DNA of 64,000 nucleotides from Escherichia coli (GTDB lineage Bacteria; Pseudomonadota; Gammaproteobacteria; Enterobacterales; Enterobacteriaceae): NCBI RefSeq assembly GCF_041248615.1, contig NZ_CP158426.1; one strand, 5' to 3'. Shown piece by piece: positions 31,127 to 40,007 of this stretch (position 1 is its first letter; each line of letters starts with the position of its first letter). The notes under the pieces were generated by a model. It saw only the letters and a program-made list of their open reading frames with translations, ran no database searches and was not told where the DNA came from. The position numbers and the translations under genes were made by a program.

Positions 31127-31925
31127 GTCTTGCATGAGAATCATGTAGTTACATTTTGGTAAAATTAGCAAGCTATTAAATAGTGTGTTTATTTTGAAAA
31201 AATAATTTTTTGTTGCATTAAAGGAAACTTGTTCAATAAATGATAGAACGTTTATTGAGCAACAATTTTGCAGTGATGCGCTATATGCCGCATTACATAA
31301 GGCTTTGCTGATGATAATGTAAAAGTGAAGAAAGCTAACATTGCTCTTTTAAGCTACTTTTCATTGAATTTTTAGTATGGAATTACATAGGGATAAACTA
31401 TGAATATTCTATGATTTACACGAGATATTCTTGCTGTTTAATTCCGGCTTTGGAGATCAGGCATTCGCAAGAATACGCTAACGCGTTGCCTGAAAAGCCA
31501 TTGCACATAATAGAGGTGAGCGTATAGCGAACTATCAATGTGATCATTGCACGAATGATAATGAGTGGATATAGATTCTATATATCGTTAGATTGTAGTT
31601 TGATAGTTAATGTGTAATGTAGATTGTATGAGCGTATAGCGAATGTTAGTTAGATCAACAACAAACTAACCTTTAAATCTCTTTTATCTTCTCATAGATA
31701 TGGCTATGCGTAGCAACCGAAGGTTAGCCAATCATCTCTATGCAGCCGTAAGGCTGTTTTGCATGTAATAGTTGTTTGTTGTTGTTAGACAGTTACCAAT
31801 TTATAGATCAGAGATAGATGTGAGCGTTGAGCGATACACTAATCATAACAACATCTTCTTACTTTTTAGTTAGTTGTTAGTAGGTTATTGTTATGCGCGC
31901 TATTAGCGCATGTATAAAGGTATCA

Positions 31926-32026
31926 TTTTTATCTAAAGGGCTTTAGACATTTTTGATACCTTTTTCATCTCTAAAAAAGTGTAATTTTTATCTAAAGGGG
32001 CTTTAGACATTTTTTACACCTTTTTC
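31926..32026. repeat. Two copies of a roughly 40-bp direct repeat, period about 60 bp
   Basis: TTTTTATCTAAAGGGCTTTAGACATTTTTGATACCTTTTTC and TTTTTATCTAAAGGGGCTTTAGACATTTTTTACACCTTTTTC. Confidence 0.7.
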
Positions 32027-32170
32027 TGTGCAAGACACTTACCAGTGTGCACAATACTTATGCTTTTCTAAAGCCGGGAATTTTTAAGTTTGATTGATCA
32101 ATTGTTAACTTTAAAAGTTACTTTTAACAATCACTTAGACGATCTAAAGCCGCAATTAACATAATATAAG

Positions 32171-32200
32171 TTGACATGCAAGCACTTTTTACCGTATAGT
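32171..32200 (+). promoter_or_regulatory. Strong sigma70-like promoter with no downstream ORF
   Basis: Consensus -35 TTGACA (32171-32176), 18-bp spacer, -10 TATAGT (32195-32200). Confidence 0.45.
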
Positions 32201-32206
32201 GCGGGT

Positions 32207-32260
32207 TTCCTACCTACCCAGGAAATGAGTTCCTACCTACCCAGGAAATGAGTTCCTACA
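32207..32260. repeat. Perfect tandem repeat, 23-bp unit TTCCTACCTACCCAGGAAATGAG, 2.3 copies
   Basis: Identical units at 32207-32229 and 32230-32252 plus partial TTCCTACA; begins about 7 bp after the promoter -10. Confidence 0.8.
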
Positions 32261-33218
32261 ATACTATAATTAAACTACAATTAAACTATCTTTTATAAAT
32301 TCTTTTATCTTTTAAAGAATAATTATAGGGATACCCGTTAGGGAGTCTTCGACTATCCCTTAATCTATTGGCATTCGCCAGAACCTTGCACAAGTTAGAC
32401 TGATGCTTGTCATAACAGATAGTTTTTGTTTTTTGTTTTTTGTTAGTAGTTAGCTGATCTATGTTCGCTTTCCGCTCACAACGAATATGTAATCTACTAT
32501 GTGCAAATAGCCTACGGCTTGCGTATGGCTAATAGTCTTGCGCTGTGCGCAGAACGATAATTAACTAACTACCATCTAACGATTGAAATTTACTTGTGCA
32601 ATAACCTGAGCGTAAGCGAATGGTTGTTAGTGTCTATGCGCTGTGCGCTTCAATAGTTCCATTGATGAGGCTTACGCCAATCTAACGATCATCAATCTAT
32701 TTAAGAGAAAATCTATTGTGCAATACTCTGACGAGTGCAATAACCTTGTGTGCTACGCGTTAGCGATGTTAGCACATAGACACAGACAACAACCAACAAC
32801 AAACAAAAAAGAAAGAATGGTTTTAGTAGTTGAAGGTTAAATAAGTTTCTACCGCTTAAATCAAGCCGTAGGCGAGCTAAACGTATATAAGGTAGGGAAA
32901 CACTTAGCGGTAATAGATTAGCTCGTTATAGAGCTTCTGAGGAGCTTTACAGGTATTTTATAAGATGTCTGAAATCAGAGTTTATCTATCCACCATCTTT
33001 CCATCATCTGATAAATCAAAAATAAGCCCCTTAAATAAGCCTCTGACGAGATAAACAACCTCTACATAAGGGAATGTATTGTTTTTATCAAAACCCCCGT
33101 CAGAGTGCGATTGAGAGCGTTTTAGACAACAGGGAAGAATTGTACCAGAGTAGGCAGCACAAAAAGCTAAGAAAAATTATAAGAAATTGAAAATGATCAA
33201 GTTTTTTATAAAAGAGGG

Positions 33219-33247
33219 TTGACAAAGCCGCCGTTATGTAGTATTGT
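33219..33247 (+). promoter_or_regulatory. Sigma70-like promoter upstream of the small ORF
   Basis: TTGACA (33219-33224), 17-bp spacer, TATTGT. Confidence 0.4.
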
Positions 33248-33363
33248 AAGTAGGGAGGGGAGAAACATCTCTCTCCATCTAAATAATCAAATCACAGAAC
33301 ACTGCACTTTGAGCCGTCAGGCTGCAAGGTGTGTTTTTCTTTTATCTAAATAAGGAGTTTTTT

Positions 33364-33510
33364 ATGAAATGGTATACACCGGAACACGTCGTAGAGGCAT
33401 TTAAAAAAGGTGAGCTAACACGACATCAAGTAAGGATGAACAGGAACACAGCGCGGCGCTGTGGTTATCCAGAGCGTGAAAAATGCTTTGACGATGCACT
33501 AAAAAGGTAA
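33364..33510 (+). CDS. Small ORF (48 aa as present), probably a 5' gene fragment truncated by IS1
   Basis: AGGAG RBS 6 nt before ATG at 33364; MKWYTPEHVVEAFKKGELTRHQVRMNRNTARRCGYPEREKCFDDALKR; the TAA stop at 33508-33510 lies inside the IS1 terminal repeat. Confidence 0.35.
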   Translation: MKWYTPEHVVEAFKKGELTRHQVRMNRNTARRCGYPEREKCFDDALKR

Positions 33511-33520
33511 TGACTCCAAC

Positions 33521-34024
33521 TTATTGATAGTGTTTTATGTTCAGATAATGCCCGATGACTTTGTCATGCAGCTCCACCGATTTTGAGAACGACAGCGACT
33601 TCCGTCCCAGCCGTGCCAGGTGCTGCCTCAGATTCAGGTTATGCCGCTCAATTCGCTGCGTATATCGCTTGCTGATTACGTGCAGCTTTCCCTTCAGGCG
33701 GGATTCATACAGCGGCCAGCCATCCGTCATCCATATCACCACGTCAAAGGGTGACAGCAGGCTCATAAGACGCCCCAGCGTCGCCATAGTGCGTTCACCG
33801 AATACGTGCGCAACAACCGTCTTCCGGAGCCTGTCATACGCGTAAAACAGCCAGCGCTGGCGCGATTTAGCCCCGACGTATCCCCACTGTTCGTCCATTT
33901 CCGCGCAGACGATGACGTCACTGCCCGGCTGTATGCGCGAGGTTACCGACTGCGGCCTGAGTTTTTTAAATGGCGGAAAATCGTGTTGAGGCCAACGCCC
34001 ATAATGCGGGCGGTTGCCCGGCAT
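33521..34024 (-). CDS. insB: IS1 InsB (transposase C-terminal part, expressed by -1 frameshift as InsAB')
   Basis: 167-aa [61 protein letters not shown]... Confidence 0.95.
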   Translation of the reverse strand: MPGNRPHYGRWPQHDFPPFKKLRPQSVTSRIQPGSDVIVCAEMDEQWGYVGAKSRQRWLFYAYDRLRKTVVAHVFGERTMATLGRLMSLLSPFDVVIWMTDGWPLYESRLKGKLHVISKRYTQRIERHNLNLRQHLARLGRKSLSFSKSVELHDKVIGHYLNIKHYQ

Positions 34025-34218
34025 CCAACGCCATTCATGGCCATATCAATGATTTTCTGGTGCGTACCGGGTTGAGAAGCGGTGTAAGTGAACTGCAGTT
34101 GCCATGTTTTACGGCAGTGAGAGCAGAGATAGCGCTGATGTCCGGCAGTGCTTTTGCCGTTACGCACCACCCCGTCAGTAGCTGAACAGGAGGGACAGCT
34201 GATAGAAACAGAAGCCAC
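33943..34218 (-). CDS. insA: IS1 InsA (transposition repressor / N-terminal part of the InsAB' transposase)
   Basis: 91-aa [46 protein letters not shown]...; A6C frameshift motif near its 3' end. Confidence 0.95.
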   Translation of the reverse strand: MASVSISCPSCSATDGVVRNGKSTAGHQRYLCSHCRKTWQLQFTYTASQPGTHQKIIDMAMNGVGCRATARIMGVGLNTIFRHLKNSGRSR

Positions 34219-34246
34219 TGGAGCACCTCAAAAACACCATCATACA

Positions 34247-34765
34247 CTAAATCAGTAAGTTGGCAGCATCACCGACAAATGCGCTCAACATAATTAGATG
34301 ACTTTTTATATGTTTGAGGATTTTGTTATTGAAATTCTTTGCGCCACCAATGCTCTCTTTGTATCCCGCATTAACTTTTATGGCAGGTGGGGCATTGTGT
34401 GTATGTGCGTCTGTTGACGAGTTTATTACATGATTTTGTATGTTAATGTCATTATGGATCTTGAATCCTCTTCTCGGCACGGTTGCAATTAGCGAGTGGG
34501 TAGTATCACCAACAGCGCGAAATCCGCGTCTGATAATGGATATGTTCTGATATAACGTGTTAGTAGGCACACGCATACCTTCTTCTTCCCAGACTCTGGT
34601 GAAAAAATCTTGTTGTGCAACCACATCAGGAAAAGCTTCAAGTAGAAGTGATAAACATCGACTGGCTGGCGTTGTCAGAACGACGTTAAGATCGGCGTTA
34701 TGTACCGATATTAATTTTCGGTGCTCAGGCCAGAACTCGATATTATCGTTAATAATCCAGTACAT
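34247..34765 (-). pseudogene. yqeI: yqeI 5' fragment (winged-helix regulator) truncated by IS1
   Basis: ORF MYWIINDNIEFWPEHRKLISVHNADLNVV...; native sequence ends at about codon 164 (34274); the last 8 codons (GDAANLLI) and the stop are IS1 terminal sequence. Confidence 0.8.
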
Positions 34766-35098
34766 ACGTCAATAAACACTAAATCAATCGAAATGGAGAT
34801 CACATAGTTTGCTAAGTATATTGGTATTTACGGCATAAATATATATTAATTTTATATTTATCATGATGATTGAAATGAGGCTTTAATGTTGCAACGTAAA
34901 ACTTTACGTAAATTAACATGGTTAACATTTATGCCACTATTGTTTGTAAATTCATATTTCGTAATGCTTCTGAATTTTTCGTGTGATGGTTTTAAATACT
35001 ATGGTGTTTACTCTTGAGGGGACGGCCTATTTATAAAATACGGACATTTCAATAAATGCCCGTATAAACAGAGTATGATTCTGGCTGGTCGTTGAGTA

Positions 35099-35791
35099 TC
35101 AATGTTGGACCGAATGTGAACGAATAAATAATTCGTTTATTTTACCACCCATTCTCTTTTCGATTCGTTGCTTGTACGCGTAGATGCTACGGATATCCAT
35201 ATCCAGAACTTCAGCAATCTGATATGGATTATAACCAGAAACCATATACCCCATTATGGTGAATTCCATCTGAGTTAATGTGTTACCTCTGGTAAATGAT
35301 AAATAACGACCAATAAATAGTTGTCTGATCTTTTCATTGGCAACATCAAGACCATCATCATTATATATGACAGCAGATATTGCTGAGTTGTGTTTTCGCC
35401 AGTAATTAGCTAACGATTGCATATTGCGGTCGCTGACTAAAACAATCCCCATGTCAGTACTTGCAAGATAGTCAATCCAGTCTTTTTCAAGGAATAGACG
35501 TAAAAAACTTACTGAAAAATCGACAAAAATATATCCGCTTAATCTCGCATTGTGGTTTTTTGTTAAGATACCTTCTACCACACCACGATTAAAATATGAA
35601 CTTTCTTCGGGCCACATACAAAAACACGAGTTTGCGCAATACTGCAAACGCGGTGACTCTTCTGGCATTATTTGGCAATGCATTGAGCAACTATTGCATG
35701 TAAGACTTTTATAACGACTACAAAGCCCCATGTTAAGAACCTCCCTATCCGTATATAATTGCATAATTTCATTGGTTATTGATGATGTCAA
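35099..35791 (-). CDS. yqeH: LuxR-type HTH transcriptional regulator
   Basis: C-terminal LuxR HTH (LTQMEFTIMGYMVSGYNPYQIAEVLDMDIRSIYAYKQRI); start as in the ORF track, not verified. Confidence 0.75.
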   Translation of the reverse strand: MTSSITNEIMQLYTDREVLNMGLCSRYKSLTCNSCSMHCQIMPEESPRLQYCANSCFCMWPEESSYFNRGVVEGILTKNHNARLSGYIFVDFSVSFLRLFLEKDWIDYLASTDMGIVLVSDRNMQSLANYWRKHNSAISAVIYNDDGLDVANEKIRQLFIGRYLSFTRGNTLTQMEFTIMGYMVSGYNPYQIAEVLDMDIRSIYAYKQRIEKRMGGKINELFIRSHSVQH

Positions 35792-36189
35792 TACACCATG
35801 ATTTTGTAATTTGCCGGGAAAAATTGCGATTAATCTGTATTTGCTATAATTCTGAGTAAGGCATTTAAAAATGCATTTCTCGTTATCAAATATGATTATG
35901 TTTCACTGATTTAATCTTGCATGGTTGAGAGCGGTCCAGATAACTATCTCATGGTATAAGAATATCTATATCGCAAATTGTTTTTGAATGACCAGAAGAT
36001 ATCTTGCGAATCTAAGTTATGCATCTTAAATAGTCTTATTTAAGATGTTCAGATCTCTTTGTGTGTTTAACTAACTGATAATACTAGGATATGACGAGAG
36101 AAGTGATAGGGTGGAATAATAACAAATGAATATTATGAAAAATGGAATGGTTCAAAATTGTAGCAATTTTGAACCATCCACAACTGATA

Positions 36190-37419
36190 TTAGCTAAAGA
36201 ACATTACCGATACGCACAGGATACCCACGATCAGCGTAATCAGATTTCCGATGGAACGCCAGGGTTTAAGCGCCGGGATGAGATACGTTGACAGCGTAGG
36301 CATGATGAAAAGTATCATGGCAATGAGCGGGCCGCTGATCGCGTAAATCATCGAAATCGCGTTCGGGTTAATGCAACAAACAATGAAGGTAATCAGCGAT
36401 ACCAACATAATTGATAGTGCGCGGTTAAATGCACGACTTTTCTTTACACCAACCTGCTGTAGTGTTGTTTTGACGACCTCTGTGGCACCTTCAATAACGC
36501 CAAAGTACGTACCCAGGAATGATTTCGACATCGCAACTACTGCGACAATAATCCCGGAAATTGACAACCATGCTGGGGCGTTCGGCAGCATAGAAAGCGC
36601 CGATAAAATGGTGACCCCTTCTTCTTTAGCAGCTTCAATATACGAAGGTGGAATAGAAAGCAGGCAGCTAAAGACAAAGAACAGTACACTTATGCAGATG
36701 ATGAGATAAGCGACTTTCATAATTTTTTTGCATTTATCCATAGCGTGTTCGCCATATTTTTCACGTCTGTCTATGGCAAACGTAGAAATAATGGGCGTAT
36801 GGCTAAAGGCGAAAACCATCACGGGAATCGATATCCATATCTGGTGAAGGGTATTCTGATTGAACTCTACCTGGGTTGTTAATAGATCAGGTTGCCAACT
36901 ACCGACAAGGTAAATGGAAAGAAATAAGAAATAGGCAATCAATGGGAATACCAAAAATCCCATTACCCGAATAGTGGCATGACGTCCCATCAGAAAAATG
37001 AGATTCAGAATTAATACAACACCCAGACTCACCAACATACGGATGCGAAGATCAATAACCATATGCTTTGCCAGCTGTTCCGTAAGTGAGTTGGTAATTG
37101 CCACTGCATATATCAACACGACGACAAAAAAGGCGATGAAGTACAGCGTGGTAATCAGATTACCAATCTTCTTGCCATAGTAGTGTGTTACCGCGCCCGT
37201 TATCCCTTCACCTGCTGATGTTTTTGATGAGAGGATGAACTGGCACAAGGCTTTATGTGGCCAATATGTTAAAGGCCAGGCGACCAGAGCAGTAATAAAC
37301 AGGACCACAGCCCCTGCCGAACCTAACTGAATAGGAAGGAAGAGCGTGCCTGCACCAACGGCTGTGCCGTAGAGCGCGAAACTCCACAGAGTTTCTTCTT
37401 TAGACCAAATATTAGACAT
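36190..37419 (-). CDS. yqeG: Amino acid permease-like inner membrane transporter
   Basis: 409-aa polytopic membrane ORF. Confidence 0.8.
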   Translation of the reverse strand: MSNIWSKEETLWSFALYGTAVGAGTLFLPIQLGSAGAVVLFITALVAWPLTYWPHKALCQFILSSKTSAGEGITGAVTHYYGKKIGNLITTLYFIAFFVVVLIYAVAITNSLTEQLAKHMVIDLRIRMLVSLGVVLILNLIFLMGRHATIRVMGFLVFPLIAYFLFLSIYLVGSWQPDLLTTQVEFNQNTLHQIWISIPVMVFAFSHTPIISTFAIDRREKYGEHAMDKCKKIMKVAYLIICISVLFFVFSCLLSIPPSYIEAAKEEGVTILSALSMLPNAPAWLSISGIIVAVVAMSKSFLGTYFGVIEGATEVVKTTLQQVGVKKSRAFNRALSIMLVSLITFIVCCINPNAISMIYAISGPLIAMILFIMPTLSTYLIPALKPWRSIGNLITLIVGILCVSVMFFS

Positions 37420-37673
37420 TATCTGAACGTATCATCTACAAATTAAACAAAATGGAGGGCAATTTACCATAAACCAGGTTAAGTATGGGAGATTAACGCC
37501 CTATCTACCCCTCTATTGGTGGGTTAGTGGTTGCAAACCTTACGTGCCAGTTATGTCTCTGACTGCTGCTCAGGCATATTTCCTTTGTGATAAAAATCAC
37601 TTTTTTTAAACAATTAAGATAACTGTAATTAACAATCATTTACTATTGCACTGTTAATTGGTGCGAGGTTGTG

Positions 37674-38855
37674 ATGAAAGACGTTGTGATTGTCGGGGCG
37701 TTACGGACACCTATCGGCTGCTTTCGTGGTGCGTTAGCGGGTCATTCCGCCGTGGAACTTGGTAGTCTGGTCGTGAAAGCGTTAATAGAACGTACCGGCG
37801 TTCCTGCATATGCGGTGGATGAAGTAATTCTTGGTCAGGTGTTGACTGCAGGGGCAGGGCAGAATCCGGCAAGGCAATCGGCTATTAAAGGTGGTCTGCC
37901 TAATAGCGTTTCTGCAATCACTATTAATGACGTTTGCGGTTCCGGGCTTAAAGCACTGCATCTGGCTACTCAGGCGATACAGTGTGGCGAGGCTGATATT
38001 GTCATCGCCGGTGGCCAGGAAAACATGAGCCGCGCACCACATGTTCTGACTGATAGCCGCACCGGTGCACAGCTTGGCAATAGCCAGTTGGTTGACAGTC
38101 TTGTGCATGATGGGTTGTGGGATGCCTTCAATGATTATCATATTGGTGTCACCGCCGAAAATCTGGCTCGCGAATATGGCATCAGCCGTCAGTTGCAGGA
38201 TGCTTACGCACTTAGCTCGCAACAAAAAGCGCGAGCGGCGATTGACGCCGGACGATTTAAAGATGAGATCGTCCCGGTAATGACCCAAAGTAACGGGCAG
38301 ACGTTGGTTGTTGATACCGATGAACAGCCACGCACTGACGCCAGCGCAGAAGGCTTAGCCCGTTTAAATCCTTCATTTGATAGTCTCGGTTCTGTGACAG
38401 CGGGTAATGCATCATCCATAAACGATGGCGCAGCTGCGGTAATGATGATGAGCGAAGCCAAAGCACGAGCGTTGAATTTACCCGTGCTGGCCCGCATTCG
38501 CGCATTTGCCAGCGTTGGTGTAGATCCGGCATTGATGGGAATTGCGCCGGTGTATGCGACCCGCCGTTGCCTGGAGCGTGTAGGCTGGCAGTTGGCTGAA
38601 GTCGATCTTATCGAGGCTAATGAAGCGTTTGCTGCACAGGCGCTTTCGGTTGGCAAGATGCTTGAGTGGGATGAGCGTCGGGTCAATGTCAATGGTGGCG
38701 CGATCGCACTCGGTCACCCGATAGGCGCTTCCGGTTGCCGAATCCTGGTTTCTCTGGTTCATGAAATGGTGAAACGTAATGCCCGCAAAGGACTGGCAAC
38801 GCTTTGTATCGGCGGGGGCCAGGGTGTGGCATTGACCATTGAACGTGACGAATAG
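37674..38855 (+). CDS. yqeF: Acetyl-CoA C-acetyltransferase (thiolase)
   Basis: Thiolase motifs incl. active-site Cys context NDVCGSGLKA and C-terminal CIGGGQG; ATG at 37674 (track starts at GTG 37671). Confidence 0.9.
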   Translation: MKDVVIVGALRTPIGCFRGALAGHSAVELGSLVVKALIERTGVPAYAVDEVILGQVLTAGAGQNPARQSAIKGGLPNSVSAITINDVCGSGLKALHLATQAIQCGEADIVIAGGQENMSRAPHVLTDSRTGAQLGNSQLVDSLVHDGLWDAFNDYHIGVTAENLAREYGISRQLQDAYALSSQQKARAAIDAGRFKDEIVPVMTQSNGQTLVVDTDEQPRTDASAEGLARLNPSFDSLGSVTAGNASSINDGAAAVMMMSEAKARALNLPVLARIRAFASVGVDPALMGIAPVYATRRCLERVGWQLAEVDLIEANEAFAAQALSVGKMLEWDERRVNVNGGAIALGHPIGASGCRILVSLVHEMVKRNARKGLATLCIGGGQGVALTIERDE

Positions 38856-39141
38856 CTCTGCATTTCCTCCTTACCGATAAATATCTGCCGTCATTAATCT
38901 GTTGAATAATGATGGCTGGCAAGTCGACATACATTTTCTGGGCTCCCTCATTTTTCCATTCTCATGACATATTCGTGATCGACACTGCACTTTTTTTAAT
39001 CCTTAACTTAAAAATGAAACATTGTTTTATTTTTAATTGAAAACCCTAGCCCATGGGCATATTATCCCTTTATAGAGAAAACGAAACAGTGTTTCACTAT
39101 CGTTTTCTATTTTCACGCTTCACTGATTATCGGAGGTTGAT

Positions 39142-39978
39142 GTGGACGTAAGACAGAGCATCCACAGTGCGCACGCAAAAACGCTGGATACCCAAGGGCT
39201 GCGCAATGAATTTTTGGTTGAAAAGGTATTTGTCGCCGATGAGTACACCATGGTTTACAGCCACATTGACCGAATTATTGTTGGCGGCATTATGCCGATA
39301 ACTAAAACGGTTTCCGTTGGCGGGGAAGTTGGTAAACAACTCGGCGTAAGCTATTTCCTTGAACGTCGCGAGTTAGGTGTTATCAATATTGGCGGTGCCG
39401 GTACGATTACTGTCGATGGCCAATGCTATGAAATCGGTCACCGCGACGCCCTGTATGTTGGTAAAGGTGCAAAAGAAGTTGTCTTTGCCAGTATTGATAC
39501 CGGCACTCCGGCGAAGTTTTATTACAATTGCGCACCCGCGCATACGACGTATCCCACCAAAAAAGTCACACCGGACGAAGTATCTCCAGTCACGTTAGGC
39601 GATAACCTCACCAGTAACCGTCGCACGATTAACAAATATTTTGTCCCGGATGTACTGGAAACCTGCCAATTGAGTATGGGGCTGACGGAGCTGGCTCCGG
39701 GTAACTTGTGGAACACCATGCCGTGTCACACCCACGAGCGCCGGATGGAAGTTTATTTCTATTTCAATATGGATGATGACGCCTGCGTTTTCCACATGAT
39801 GGGGCAGCCGCAAGAAACGCGTCATATTGTGATGCATAACGAGCAGGCGGTGATCTCCCCGAGCTGGTCGATCCATTCCGGTGTCGGAACCAAAGCTTAT
39901 ACCTTTATCTGGGGCATGGTCGGTGAAAACCAGGTCTTTGATGATATGGACCATGTGGCCGTTAAAGATTTGCGCTAG
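39142..39978 (+). CDS. kduI: 5-dehydro-4-deoxy-D-glucuronate isomerase
   Basis: 278-aa ORF, GTG start, GGAGG RBS. Confidence 0.9.
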
Positions 39979-40007
39979 TTGTGGGCATAAACGAATAAGG
40001 TATTGTT

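Larger units (their letters stand above)
31130..33360. other. ORF-poor, AT-rich repeat-laden region (about 2.2 kb) of the accessory island
   Basis: No credible ORF of 60 aa or more on either strand; several short motifs recur (TGAGCGTAwAGCGAA, TTGTGCAATA, CTCTGACGAG); composition clearly lower in GC than the flanking genes. Confidence 0.6.
33506..34273 (-). mobile_element. IS1 insertion sequence (768 bp, complete), transposase on the minus strand
   Basis: Ends GGTAATGACTCCAACTTATTGATAGTGTT... and ...AGTAAGTTGGCAGCATCACC match IS1 terminal inverted repeats; encodes InsA and InsB; flanking 9-mers (CACTAAAAA / GACAAATGC) differ, so no target-site duplication. Confidence 0.95.

Noticed and set aside
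32207-32260. Tandem repeats considered as a possible CRISPR array
   Set aside because: Only two adjacent identical 23-bp units with no unique spacers between them and no cas genes in the window.
32643-32840. 65-aa ORF in the AT-rich region
   Set aside because: GTG start without a Shine-Dalgarno sequence, overlapping the repeated motif boxes; more likely a chance frame in non-coding DNA. Not fully excluded.
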